This document shows positions 1 to 9,866 of a DNA stretch of 64,000 nt, one piece after another (the first letter of the stretch is position 1; each line of letters opens with the position of its first letter). Source of the DNA: Nitrosopumilaceae archaeon. GTDB taxonomy: Archaea > Thermoproteota > Nitrososphaeria > Nitrososphaerales > Nitrosopumilaceae. Where the stretch lies: the NCBI GenBank assembly GCA_965209085.1, contig OZ242376.1:864001-928000 (forward strand). The letters are read 5' to 3'. The translations under genes and the position numbers were made by a program. The notes beneath the pieces were generated by a model that had not been told where the DNA came from, searched no databases, and saw only the letters and a program-made list of their open reading frames with translations.

Positions 1-1906
1 AACCTATTATGCCATTTTTTGTTAAATATTTATCTACACAATGACAAAAAAATAGGCTCGCTAATTCCATATTTGGTATGTTATGCATTTTATTTTTTTC
101 AATCAGGCCGTATTCTTTACTTTTTATTTTTAAATATTCTTTATATCGAACATTCTTCATCGCTTGTTGTGATATCCACGGTGGATTTCCTATTATGATG
201 TCAACTTGTTTTTGAGTTATAGCAATAGGTTTGTACATATTTCGTAATACATATGGCCAAATTGCATCAGAATCCTCCTCAATTAGCTCATATAATGTAT
301 TAAGAGATTCTGTAAGAATTTCAGATTCTGCTACTGTATATCCTTTTAAGGCTATATTTTTAAAAATTGATAATGTCCTTCGCTTGAATTCTTTTGCATC
401 GAAATGATATTTAGGCAACTTCGCTTTTTCTACATAATTTTCATATTCTCTACCATTATTTTGCATTATAGATATAATTTCATCCATTTTTTTTATATCG
501 CCAGATACTGTGATGGGAAAATGAAATTTTTTACCCATCGCTTCGAATTCAAATGTTGGTATTGATAATGATACGTCTTTCCTTTCTGCTGGAATTTTTA
601 ACGAGTCACTCAAATAAATGGGAATGGATATTGGACCTTTTTTTGCATGTAATACATCTTTTAAAGCTAACAAGTAATTAGTTTTAGAAATTATGACAGC
701 TAATGGATGAACATCGAATCCTAATACATTTTCCAATATGTGATTTAAAATTTTATCTTTAGGCCATTGTTTTTTTGACAATAACTCTATTTTAAATTGT
801 ATTGTCTTGAACAAAAATGTACCTGATCCGCATGCGGGATCCATGATGCTTTTAGTAACATCTTTATTTAGAACATCTTTGATCATTGTTTCGGCTAACC
901 AATCTGGTGTATAAAACTCCCCTAATGATCTTCTAATTTCTGGATCAACTAACTCTTGATATAATTCTTTTAATACGTCTTCATTAATTTTATCTAGATC
1001 ATATACATATATCTCCATTAGTAATTTATGGAATATTTTACTAGATTGTTTTCGTATAGTTGGTGCATTTATCCACATAAAAAAATCTTCTTCCATAAAA
1101 CTCATTATCCCAGCATTTCGAAATGTATTTCCAAATAAAATAGGCATTATTTCTTCAAAATTTTGTGGAATTCCTTTAGTTATTTTTACGTGAATTAATA
1201 ATTTAACTAGAGTGGAGAGATAAGTATGTCTAAAAAATAGATCTCTTTGATCAGGTTTACCCCCATACACTATTTCTAAATATTTTGACCAGCTTTCATA
1301 TTTTATTATGCTTGGTTTATGACTACTTTCAGCTTTTTGAAATAATACCTCTAATTTTTTACATGTGGATATAAATGTTGGACTATCTGAACCGAAGCGT
1401 CGTTTAATATCTGCAGATGTGGGAATAATTTTTTTTGTGGAAAATAAATATGAATCAAACCATAAAAATATGTGTTCTACATCGGTATCTTTATCCAAAT
1501 TTAACTCGTCAATTTCTTCAATTTTGATTACTTTATTCTCTTCAATAACGGGATAAAATACTTTAAAATGTATTCCATCGTTAGCAATCCCCAAAAAATC
1601 AGATTCTGATTGTTCAACATACGCTTGAAAATATTTTGTTAATTCTTCTTTAGCTTTATTTAACCCACTATTCAAATCTTTTTTAAATTCAAATATGATA
1701 TTTCCAAATACTGCATCTATTCTTCCTCGTAATTGCATGGTTTCCGATTTAACAGATACTTCAAAATCCATGTCTTTTAATTCAATGTCAAACACATCTC
1801 GAATAAACTGTGAAAACATAATTGCTTTAGCAATTTCTTGATTTTTAGATTTTACATTGTAGATATATTTTGGTAATTCATTTTTTAATTTTTCTAATAT
1901 TTTCAT
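1..1906 (-). CDS. Type IIG-like fused restriction endonuclease / N6-adenine DNA methyltransferase (3' part runs off the window)
   Basis: Hand translation of segments from ATG at 1906: MKILEKLKNELPKY...RGRIDAVFGNIIFEFKK (PD-(D/E)xK-like), GEFYTPDW, IMDPACGSGTF (motif I), IIIGNPPW (motif IV, about 175-200). Visibly AT-rich. Missing from the ORF track, apparently because no stop codon lies in the window. Confidence 0.88.
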   Translation of the reverse strand, partial: MKILEKLKNELPKYIYNVKSKNQEIAKAIMFSQFIRDVFDIELKDMDFEVSVKSETMQLRGRIDAVFGNIIFEFKKDLNSGLNKAKEELTKYFQAYVEQSESDFLGIANDGIHFKVFYPVIEENKVIKIEEIDELNLDKDTDVEHIFLWFDSYLFSTKKIIPTSADIKRRFGSDSPTFISTCKKLEVLFQKAESSHKPSIIKYESWSKYLEIVYGGKPDQRDLFFRHTYLSTLVKLLIHVKITKGIPQNFEEIMPILFGNTFRNAGIMSFMEEDFFMWINAPTIRKQSSKIFHKLLMEIYVYDLDKINEDVLKELYQELVDPEIRRSLGEFYTPDWLAETMIKDVLNKDVTKSIMDPACGSGTFLFKTIQFKIELLSKKQWPKDKILNHILENVLGFDVHPLAVIISKTNYLLALKDVLHAKKGPISIPIYLSDSLKIPAERKDVSLSIPTFEFEAMGKKFHFPITVSGDIKKMDEIISIMQNNGREYENYVEKAKLPKYHFDAKEFKRRTLSIFKNIALKGYTVAESEILTESLNTLYELIEEDSDAIWPYVLRNMYKPIAITQKQVDIIIGNPPWISQQAMKNVRYKEYLKIKSKEYGLIEKNKMHNIPNMELASLFFCHCVDKYLTKNGIIG

Positions 1907-1969
1907 AATTTATTTCTCCAAACATCATTAAAATTAATTTTATGATTGATACTGTTCAATATTGCCATT

Positions 1970-2248
1970 TTATTTCACACGGCGGATTTTTAACAATAAG
2001 GTATTTTTACGTTTATTAATATATGGCCTTCCACTATTCTTCATCATGTATGATGTATGTTTTTCAAGATCTATGATGTATTTTTCTAATTGCCTATCAA
2101 AATTTTCATCAATTATCGTCATTGCTTTTTTCAGATTTTCTTGGTTTACGTTATCTGGATCATCTTTTCTACCTAAAAAAAATTGTTTTTCACCAGCTAT
2201 TGAATATAGATATTCTGTTCCATGATTTTTCTTTATAAACAAACCCAT
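1970..2248 (-). CDS. Small basic protein of the integrative element (possible DNA-binding protein or recombination directionality factor)
   Basis: MGLFIKKNHGTEYLYSIAGEKQFFLG followed by a helical C-terminus. Divergent from the integrase and directly upstream of the RM gene. Alternative GTG start at 2257. Confidence 0.6.
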   Translation of the reverse strand: MGLFIKKNHGTEYLYSIAGEKQFFLGRKDDPDNVNQENLKKAMTIIDENFDRQLEKYIIDLEKHTSYMMKNSGRPYINKRKNTLLLKIRRVK

Positions 2249-2258
2249 CTTTATCACG

Positions 2259-2314
2259 TGTCATGTAGCATGACAAAACTTTAAATAAAGATATGTGTCA
2301 TGTAACATGACACA
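2259..2314. promoter_or_regulatory. Divergent promoter with two palindromic operators flanking a TATA box
   Basis: TGTCATG-tag-CATGACA (2259-2275), TTTAAATA (2280-2287), TGTGTCATG-taa-CATGACACA (2294-2314). Confidence 0.65.
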
Positions 2315-2316
2315 AA

Positions 2317-3725
2317 ATGACCACTAGAAAAACACCTAAATCAACAGCGATCAGGTTCAATTGTAAAATACAACTAGCACAAAAGGGAGCCAATGAAGTC
2401 GCCAAGAGGCTGACCGATATGGGAAACATAATTCCATCTAAAACAAGCAACACTGCCAAACAATCCAGAGTAACAAAACTACTTGCAAATCCAGACGTAA
2501 AGCGCTGGTTTGACAACCTCTAACGAGGTAGCAAACTAACCGCAGAGATACGTGTAAGATGCCTAGACATGTTCTGTCAGCAACACCAAATGACGCCAAC
2601 ACAATTGTACGAGCTTGCACTAAAGGACCTAAGAATTGCAACTGACCTGCTAGAGGATCACGTGACCATGATGGAGTCAAAATAATACTCTCCAGGATAC
2701 ATCGAAGATTATGTAAAGGCCGTAAAATCATGGCTCAGACACTTTGACATCGAGATCAGATGCAAAATACGCATAACTGATTCACGTCATACTCCGACAT
2801 TGCAGAACGAGCGAGTACCAAATGCACAGGAAATGGTCAAGATATACAGTCAGGCTACCCTTAGAGAATCTGCAATGATCTCACTAATGGCAAAATCCGG
2901 CCTGCGGCCTGAAGTACTGGGAAATCATGATGGAACTGATGGTCTAAGGATGCGTGATCTGCCTGACATTGTAATACACCATGGAGAGGCAAAATGCATC
3001 AGGGTGCCAAATAGGATAACGGTAAGACGGGAGATATCAAAGACACGAAAACCATATTTTACGTTCTCAAGCGCACCGGTCACTGCATATATCATGCGTA
3101 CCTCAATGATCGGCTAGCACAAGGCGAGCCCCTGCATGGGGATTCGCCTGTAATAGCACCGGATTACAAGTACAAGACAAACCGCGGGCAAAACCAGACA
3201 AAGCCATTTCTGCCTACAAGGCAGATTCGCAAAAAAATCCGGGATACATTCCGATCAAAGTTTGCATAGATGCCGTACGTTCTGCGGGCATACTTTGACA
3301 CGCAACTGCTCATTGCAGAGTCAAAGGGAACAATTGCACACGATATCCGTGCATTTTTCATGGGCCACAGCGGAAACATTGAGGCAAGATACACGACAAA
3401 CAAGGGAATACTTCCAGAGTCGCTGATACTGGAAATGCGCGATTCGTACAAACGATCAGAGCTGCTGTTGGATCTAGAACAGACAAAAGACGATCCAATC
3501 ATAAAACAGAAAGAGCAGATGCAAAGTGCAATTTCACAGGCCACGCCAGAACAGCTTGGCACGGTACTAGAGATGTCTCCGAATCTGGGCATCGGTAAAA
3601 TGTAAAGCCAGCGCGTGATGATCTCAGATGATGCAGAACGCATGATAGAGAAAGGATGGACGTTTGTTGGCACCTTGCCAAACGGCAGGGTCGTCGTACA
3701 AAAACGCGGCAAGAATGGGATTTGA
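2317..3725 (+). pseudogene. Tyrosine recombinase/integrase pseudogene
   Basis: Fragments join into an archaeal integrase: ...VKAVKSWLRH..., SGLRPEVLG (catalytic R), YVLRAYF, MGH...Y, and tail GWTFVGTLPNGRVVV. In-frame stops at 2521, about 2683, about 3267 and 3603, plus a frameshift near 3090. Converges on the tRNA 3' end. Confidence 0.85.
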
Positions 3726-3737
3726 ATCCAGTAGTAA

Positions 3738-3830
3738 TGGACCGGATGGGATTTGAACCCACGACCCTTGCGGAACTATCGTTCTTACGCAGTGTGAGTG
3801 CGTCATCCTAACCAACTAGACAACCGGTCC
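3738..3830 (-). tRNA. tRNA-Val(CAC) with a 19-nt non-canonical intron at 44/45 (3767-3785)
   Basis: Acceptor GGACCGG/CCGGTCC, D-arm GTCT/GGAT, anticodon arm ACGCA-CT-CAC-AC-TGCGT, T-arm GTGGG-TTCAAAT-CCCAT. The insert forms a BHB motif: TGCG/CGCA central helix, TAA and AGG bulges, GAAC/GTTC helix. Confidence 0.92.
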
Positions 3831-3919
3831 GTTAACTGCTGTATAATATGCTCTTTTATTTCTAACCGTGCATTTTTTCCAAGGTAACAATACGATAACA
3901 AACGGTGCAAATATGAAAT

Positions 3920-4087
3920 CTATTTTTTAACGCCTAGTGCGCGGTTTTTCAGGCGCAGATACACGCTGCGGCATTTTCTGCATCTAGTGGCTGCCATGGA
4001 ATTGCGCGCGCCGCACGAAAAACATATCTTCATGTGAAGCCGGGCTCTTTGTGCAAGCTGTTTTTTTGCCGGATCCGTAATGGTCAT
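3920..4087 (-). CDS. rpl40e: 50S ribosomal protein L40e
   Basis: Hand translated, 55 aa: MTITDPAKKQLAQRARLHMKICFSCGARNSMAATRCRKCRSVYLRLKNRALGVKK (CxxC...RCRKC). Below the ORF-track cutoff. Confidence 0.93.
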   Translation of the reverse strand: MTITDPAKKQLAQRARLHMKICFSCGARNSMAATRCRKCRSVYLRLKNRALGVKK

Positions 4088-4113
4088 ACGCTATCTGCCT
4101 AAAACACTCACTT

Positions 4114-5025
4114 TTAATCTAATCGAATCTTTGTGGCAAGCAGTACGGGAACTTCCTGGGGACGCTTTGCCACAGGAACATTGGCCTTGCCAAACATGTT
4201 GACCTTTGATTCAGCAGAACCGTAATTGCCATATACAATTGCCCCAGCATGCCCCATCCGTTTCTCCTTTGGAGCTGCCCTGCCTGCAATATATGCGACA
4301 ACTGGTTTTGAAAATTTTGTATCAATTATCCTCTGAGCTAGAATCTCTTCAGCATCCCCTCCAATCTCGCCCACTATGACAATGCCGCGCAATCCTGGAA
4401 GATCTTTTGCAGCATCAAATGCATCAACTAGTCTTGTACCATTTACCGGGTCCCCTCCAACCCCGATGGTTATGGACTGGCCAAAGCCTGCCTGTGTCAG
4501 ACTGTTTGATATCTCATACAAGAGGGTGCCGCTCTTTGAAATTACCGCAATATCGCCGGCGCTGAACGGACTTGATGGCATTATGCCCACCTTTATCACG
4601 CCAGGAACAATTAACCCCGGAGTATTCGGACCTATCACCGTGGCACCTTTATTTTCTGCAATCTCTAGCAACTGCAAAGTATCCCGTATGGGCACATGCT
4701 CCGGTATTGCAACTAGGAGTTTTATTCCGGCATTTAGCGCATCAGTTGCAGCTTTTAAAAAGAATTTTGCAGGAACAAATACAATTGAGATATCCGCCCC
4801 TGTGGCATCAACTGCCTCTTGCATGTTTTCATAAATTGGAACATTGCCAAACTTTGTACCCCCCTTACCCGGAGTCACGCCTGCCACAATATTCGTGCCA
4901 TACTCCATCATGAGCTTTGTATGATGCGTGCCAAATTTGCCAGTTATCCCCTGCACTATGACGGATTTTTTCATGTAATCATCATCGCCTATCTTACCGC
5001 ACAACTGCTCCATAATGTGGGTCAT
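4114..5025 (-). CDS. sucD: Succinyl-CoA synthetase alpha subunit
   Basis: VQGITGKFG, GVTPGKGG, IGPNTPG, RMGHAGA (phospho-His). Coupled to sucC. Confidence 0.96.
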   Translation of the reverse strand: MTHIMEQLCGKIGDDDYMKKSVIVQGITGKFGTHHTKLMMEYGTNIVAGVTPGKGGTKFGNVPIYENMQEAVDATGADISIVFVPAKFFLKAATDALNAGIKLLVAIPEHVPIRDTLQLLEIAENKGATVIGPNTPGLIVPGVIKVGIMPSSPFSAGDIAVISKSGTLLYEISNSLTQAGFGQSITIGVGGDPVNGTRLVDAFDAAKDLPGLRGIVIVGEIGGDAEEILAQRIIDTKFSKPVVAYIAGRAAPKEKRMGHAGAIVYGNYGSAESKVNMFGKANVPVAKRPQEVPVLLATKIRLD

Positions 5026-6128
5026 TTGCGCGTCCCCATTACGGCTGCGTTTATCGCATCTTCCACGCTATCATACAGTTGTGTCCTAGTGTTAGATAGC
5101 ATTACCTTTGCTTTATCTGACTCTGCCCCGCGCAATCTTGCAAAGACTGGAACATTAATTACTGATTTCTCATACGCCTCGATAAAAGCTGCAGATATAG
5201 TGGTTGTCTTTACTATGCCGCCGTACAAATTTACCAAAATGCCGCGGACCCTGCCGATTTTACCGATAATCGTGAGCGCCTCAAAGACTGATTCGGTGGT
5301 TGCCCCGCCCCCGACATCCAAAAAGCATGCCGGCTTTCCACCGTTGTCAGATAACATGTCAAGCGTGGACATTACAAGTCCTGCACCATTTCCAATTACT
5401 GCAATATCCCCGTCAAGCTCTACCATTGCAAACCCGCTTTTCTCAGCGCGCTCTTCAATCTCGGATCTTTCAAGATATTTGTGCATCTCCTCGTGTCTGA
5501 AATTTGAATTATCATCAGTAACCATCTTGCCATCAAGCGCCACCATCCTGCCATCCTCTAAAATGGCAAGCGGGTTTATCTCTGCAAGCTCTGCCTCTTT
5601 TTCCACGGTAAGCTTTGAGAGCTTTGTTAAAACATTTATAAAATTCTCTGCCGTTTTACCCTCTAGTCCCATCTCTGATGCAACCTCTATGGCAGTTTTC
5701 TCATCCACCTTGCCTCTACCCACCTCTTTTATTATCTGATTTTTTACTGATTCAATCTCCATGCCGCCCTCAGCTGATGCAATAACAGTATAGCATCTCT
5801 TACTTCTATTCAAAAACAGCGAGAGGTACATTTCATTTTTTATCACAGCTGCCTCTTCAATCAGTATGGCGCGCGACCTCTCCCCTTTGATCTCCAAATC
5901 CATGACCTGCGGGTATTTTATGGACAACTCGTCAGCATTTTTGCATATTTGTATGCCGCCAGCTTTGCCCCTGCCGCCCACGGGAACCTGCGATTTTATC
6001 ACCATTGGATATCCTATCTTTTTTGCATCCTCCCTAGCCTTTGCAATATCATTTGAGACTGCGCCCTTTAGCAGACTAATCCCGTATTCGGCAAAAACCT
6101 CTTTTGCCTGAAATTCCAAGAGCCGCAT
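5022..6128 (-). CDS. sucC: Succinyl-CoA synthetase beta subunit
   Basis: MRLLEFQAK, GGRGKAGG, EINPL, GNGAGLVMSTLD, FLDVGGGA. Confidence 0.96.
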   Translation of the reverse strand: MRLLEFQAKEVFAEYGISLLKGAVSNDIAKAREDAKKIGYPMVIKSQVPVGGRGKAGGIQICKNADELSIKYPQVMDLEIKGERSRAILIEEAAVIKNEMYLSLFLNRSKRCYTVIASAEGGMEIESVKNQIIKEVGRGKVDEKTAIEVASEMGLEGKTAENFINVLTKLSKLTVEKEAELAEINPLAILEDGRMVALDGKMVTDDNSNFRHEEMHKYLERSEIEERAEKSGFAMVELDGDIAVIGNGAGLVMSTLDMLSDNGGKPACFLDVGGGATTESVFEALTIIGKIGRVRGILVNLYGGIVKTTTISAAFIEAYEKSVINVPVFARLRGAESDKAKVMLSNTRTQLYDSVEDAINAAVMGTRK

Positions 6129-6171
6129 ATGAGCTACCCCACATATGCTCTAATAAATATCGACCAACTGT

Positions 6172-6501
6172 TCATTCTAGCTCATCTTTAATTTGCGATA
6201 AAATACGATCAAAGAGCTCTGTACTCTTTGAGATTAAAACTGCAGGATATTCTGATATGGAAAATACCGTCTGCTCGACTATACTCATTGGAATGGGCCC
6301 CCCATAAGTTACTGACTGCTCTATAACGTATTCTCTTGTAAGGGTGCATATTGTCTCCTCGCATGCATCATTGGATTTGTCCATTACGATTCTATACAAT
6401 ACCATTGGCACGTTTGTGCGGTTTACACTCTCTGATCCCTGCCTTAACAAATCGGCCATATGCTCTATCTGACACGAGTCTAGATTTACCTGCTTTGTCA
6501 T
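6172..6501 (-). CDS. Hypothetical protein
   Basis: 109-aa ORF filling the gap between ileS and sucC on the same strand. Confidence 0.7.
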   Translation of the reverse strand: MTKQVNLDSCQIEHMADLLRQGSESVNRTNVPMVLYRIVMDKSNDACEETICTLTREYVIEQSVTYGGPIPMSIVEQTVFSISEYPAVLISKSTELFDRILSQIKDELE

Positions 6502-6563
6502 CGCACCATTTGGTACGCAATCTTTGTATTTATGGGCTAAAGATCAGTATTCTGATCGTACGC

Positions 6564-9500
6564 CTAGATTATGCCAATCTGTATTTTTTGCCCGTCCACA
6601 TCCTCATCTTTATACTGTAAATCCATACCTTTGAAATCGACATTTTTTATGCGCACTAGAAATGCAAGATCTTTTTGCATATTAAAGATGGCAATCTCTT
6701 GTTTTTTATCAAGGCCCAGGATGGATGCTGTTTCTAAAACGTCAGTTGGAGTGTACCCTTTTTCTTTTCGAAGGCTTTGTATGCGCCGTGCAAGATCCTT
6801 TAAAAGGCCGCGCGCTGTCAACTCCTCACTCCTCTCTGATGATAAAAATACCACCGTACCCTCGCGCTTTGCCAAACACCATCCATCTTTGGATATGAAT
6901 CCAAATTCTGCATCCTCTGCCCTCACATCGATTTTACATCTGCCCCCTCCTAGCGAAAAAGTATACTTTGAATCGCGCAAAATTGCACGGGCTATTTCCT
7001 GTTTATCTGACTCTGTAAACGCCTTTGCCAGCTCTGGCATGAACTCTTTTGCGCGCGGGCCCATTTTTTTCCTATCCAATTTTGCAGCAGCTGCCACCGG
7101 CGCCCCCATTTTTTGAATCTCATCTAGCTGCCCAAGACCGTCCTCTTTTGCATACTCTAAAACCGTAACTTTTTCCACGTTTAAAAGCGAGCGCAAAAGC
7201 TCCATGTGGTTTTCAATCTTTACTTTGAGGCCTTTGTGCAGGCACACTATGGCCTCCTCTAATGGCCACCTGCGTTTTAACGCACCGTTCATTCTTGCCG
7301 CACCCCCGACAGATACTGCAAGCTGCAGTATGTCAAAAGAGCTTTCAATCTCCGCGTTTACAAGATTTGCATCAATTTTTGGCCATTTTTGCAGTAAAAT
7401 ATTCTCCGTACCATCAAAGACCTTATCATACAGATAGTCAGTTGTGAACGGACAGACGGGGTGCAAGATCACATCAATGGTGTTTAGTACGTGCCCTAGC
7501 GTGGCGTATATTGCAAGCCTGCGGTTCAAATTTGAATCCGACTCGTCCCAAATCTGCTCGCGCGTTATGGGAACGTACGTCTGACTTAGCATCCCTATGA
7601 CAAATTCATCAATCCTTCTTGCAGCTTCATGAAATTTGCATGCAGAGTACATCTTTGATACCTGTTCTGATAAATTTTGAAGCTTTGAGAGTATCCAAAT
7701 GTCCGGGGACTGGAGCAGGTTTTTCCCATCTGCCCACTGCACCGTATGCTCTGCAGGATTGTACGGATCACACTCGCTGTTTTGTTTAAAATACAAATGC
7801 ATGTGATATAGAGTACTTAGTATCTGATATGATCGTGTACGCATCTCTTTTTCGCTAAAGCTAAGAGGTTCAATCGGACTTGATTTGAGTGTAAAATACA
7901 GCCGCAAAAGATCAGCTGAGCTCTCCTTTGCAATCTTTACAGCATCCAAAACGTTTCCAAGACTTTTGCTCATCTTGCCGCCTTTCTCATCCAACACGTG
8001 CCCCTGGAAGAGAAACGAGGCAAACGGGGACTCACTTTTACCGCTCAATATGACATTCTCTATTAGCAAAGTATACGCCCATCCGCGCGTCTGATCTATA
8101 CCCTCGGTTAAAAATGGCACAGGAACTGTTTTTGCATACTCGGCATCATCTGAGGATGCAAAAGGAGCTGCCCCGCTGTTGTGCCACGTATCAAGCACGT
8201 AAGGTTCCCTGCTTGTATTGGCACTGTTGCATTTTGAACATTTTGTCTTTACGCGGTCAATCCAGGGCCTGTGCAGCTCAAAATTCTCGCCATCTGGCAG
8301 CTCTATTGCCGCCTCCACTATCTGTTCTCTTGAATAAAACCAGTCCCTATTTCCGCAATCCGCACAGTTCCATGCCGGAAGCGGGCACCCCCAGTATCTT
8401 TCGCGCGATATGCACCATGGATGTTTTTCACCCACTATTGCCAAAAACCTGTTCTTTGGCTGATCGTAAAAATACTCTGCATTATTTGCCGCATCCACTG
8501 CCATTTGGCCAAATTTACCCAACTTGTAAAACCATCCCCTTCTAGCAAGCCAGACTAATCTGTGCGCTGAGCGCCAGCATAGGGGGTATTTGTGCCGTAT
8601 TTTGCGCAGCGCAACTAGGGCGCCGCGGGATTTTAAATCCTCTGAAATTTTTGCATCAGCATCGCGCACAAACATTCCATAATATGAGCCTGCATCTTTT
8701 GTAAATTTCACCTCATCATCAATGGGACAAAATACGGGAATTTTTCTCTTTTCTGCAATGCGGATATCCTCTTCACCGTTTGCCGGCGAGAGATGCACAA
8801 TCCCACTGCCGCTATCTATCTCTACAAACTTTTCAGATACTGCAATGTGGTATCCCTCATCTAACGCAAACTTTGCAAGCTCTGGTATTTTATCAAGGAG
8901 CGGATGCTCATATTTTTTGCCTTCAAAATATTCCCCCTTTACGGTTTTGATTACCTCATATTTGTCAACTTTGGCAGCCTTTAACACCTCATTTAGCATT
9001 TGCTCCCCGATAATCCACGTCTCACCGCCCACTTTGAGAAACTTGTATACCCCCTCTGGATTAAAACCAATCATGGCATCAGTAACCATTGTAAATGGCA
9101 TCGTTGTCCAAACTATCGCATACGCGCCACTCTCTTTGAATCTTACCTTATAATACATTGAAGGGTCCAAGACCTCCTCATACCTTTGGTTAACTTCAGC
9201 ATGGCTTAGTGAGCTTTGACATCCTGGACAGTATGCAATTACAGTATAATCCAAACCCAGTATTTTTCTCTCATTTGCATGCCGGAGTATCTGCCATTCC
9301 CTTTGTATGTACTCATCGTCCATGGTCCAGTATGCGCCATTATAGTCAAATGATATGCCAATCTGTTCATCAGCTTTTATCCACTCCTTGTTGTACTCGT
9401 ATACAAGACGCTTGCATTCTGCAACAAGCTTTTCTATGCCAAATTCTTCTATGCCTTTTTTGCCGCCGGATATTCCCAGCTGTTTTTCTGCCTGCAGTTC

Positions 9501-9797
9501 CACTGGAAGCCCCTGCGTGTCCCAGCCTGCGGTGAATTTTACATTAGCTCCCAAAAGCGTATTGTATCTAAACCACAAATCCTTTATCACCCTGCCGCGC
9601 ATATGGCCCGCATGGGGCACCCCGTTCATGGTGGGCGGCCCTTCGATAAAACGCATCTTTGGCCCATGGGATCTTTTCTCTGCAAGCTTTGCGCGCAAAT
9701 CTGCAACATTTACCCTCGCCCGGACCTCATCTTCCATCTCTATTAGATCAAACTTTTCATCTAGAGTCATTGTCACTAGGGCATCGGTGCGTGCCAT
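6564..9797 (-). CDS. ileS: Isoleucine--tRNA ligase
   Basis: EGPPTMNG-PHAGH (HIGH), GWDTQGLP, WTTMPFT, WCISRERYWG, EGIDQTRGW, KMSKS. Confidence 0.97.
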   Translation of the reverse strand: MARTDALVTMTLDEKFDLIEMEDEVRARVNVADLRAKLAEKRSHGPKMRFIEGPPTMNGVPHAGHMRGRVIKDLWFRYNTLLGANVKFTAGWDTQGLPVELQAEKQLGISGGKKGIEEFGIEKLVAECKRLVYEYNKEWIKADEQIGISFDYNGAYWTMDDEYIQREWQILRHANERKILGLDYTVIAYCPGCQSSLSHAEVNQRYEEVLDPSMYYKVRFKESGAYAIVWTTMPFTMVTDAMIGFNPEGVYKFLKVGGETWIIGEQMLNEVLKAAKVDKYEVIKTVKGEYFEGKKYEHPLLDKIPELAKFALDEGYHIAVSEKFVEIDSGSGIVHLSPANGEEDIRIAEKRKIPVFCPIDDEVKFTKDAGSYYGMFVRDADAKISEDLKSRGALVALRKIRHKYPLCWRSAHRLVWLARRGWFYKLGKFGQMAVDAANNAEYFYDQPKNRFLAIVGEKHPWCISRERYWGCPLPAWNCADCGNRDWFYSREQIVEAAIELPDGENFELHRPWIDRVKTKCSKCNSANTSREPYVLDTWHNSGAAPFASSDDAEYAKTVPVPFLTEGIDQTRGWAYTLLIENVILSGKSESPFASFLFQGHVLDEKGGKMSKSLGNVLDAVKIAKESSADLLRLYFTLKSSPIEPLSFSEKEMRTRSYQILSTLYHMHLYFKQNSECDPYNPAEHTVQWADGKNLLQSPDIWILSKLQNLSEQVSKMYSACKFHEAARRIDEFVIGMLSQTYVPITREQIWDESDSNLNRRLAIYATLGHVLNTIDVILHPVCPFTTDYLYDKVFDGTENILLQKWPKIDANLVNAEIESSFDILQLAVSVGGAARMNGALKRRWPLEEAIVCLHKGLKVKIENHMELLRSLLNVEKVTVLEYAKEDGLGQLDEIQKMGAPVAAAAKLDRKKMGPRAKEFMPELAKAFTESDKQEIARAILRDSKYTFSLGGGRCKIDVRAEDAEFGFISKDGWCLAKREGTVVFLSSERSEELTARGLLKDLARRIQSLRKEKGYTPTDVLETASILGLDKKQEIAIFNMQKDLAFLVRIKNVDFKGMDLQYKDEDVDGQKIQIGII

Positions 9798-9866
9798 CTA
9801 AATTAGTCTTTAAAACCAACTTTTGTACATTGTTGGATTATATGCGGGACTGATACAGATGCGCCC

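Noticed and set aside
2317-3725. Stop-codon readthrough or alternative genetic code in the integrase
   Set aside because: Mixed TAA/TAG stops plus a frameshift, while TAA and TAG terminate normal genes in the window. Ordinary decay is simpler.
4819-5739. 306-aa plus-strand ORF, and similar long antisense ORFs (27685-28491, 30338-31360, 36143-36742)
   Set aside because: They are antisense shadows of well-supported genes (sucCD, trpA, trpD, ilvD) and have no motifs of their own.
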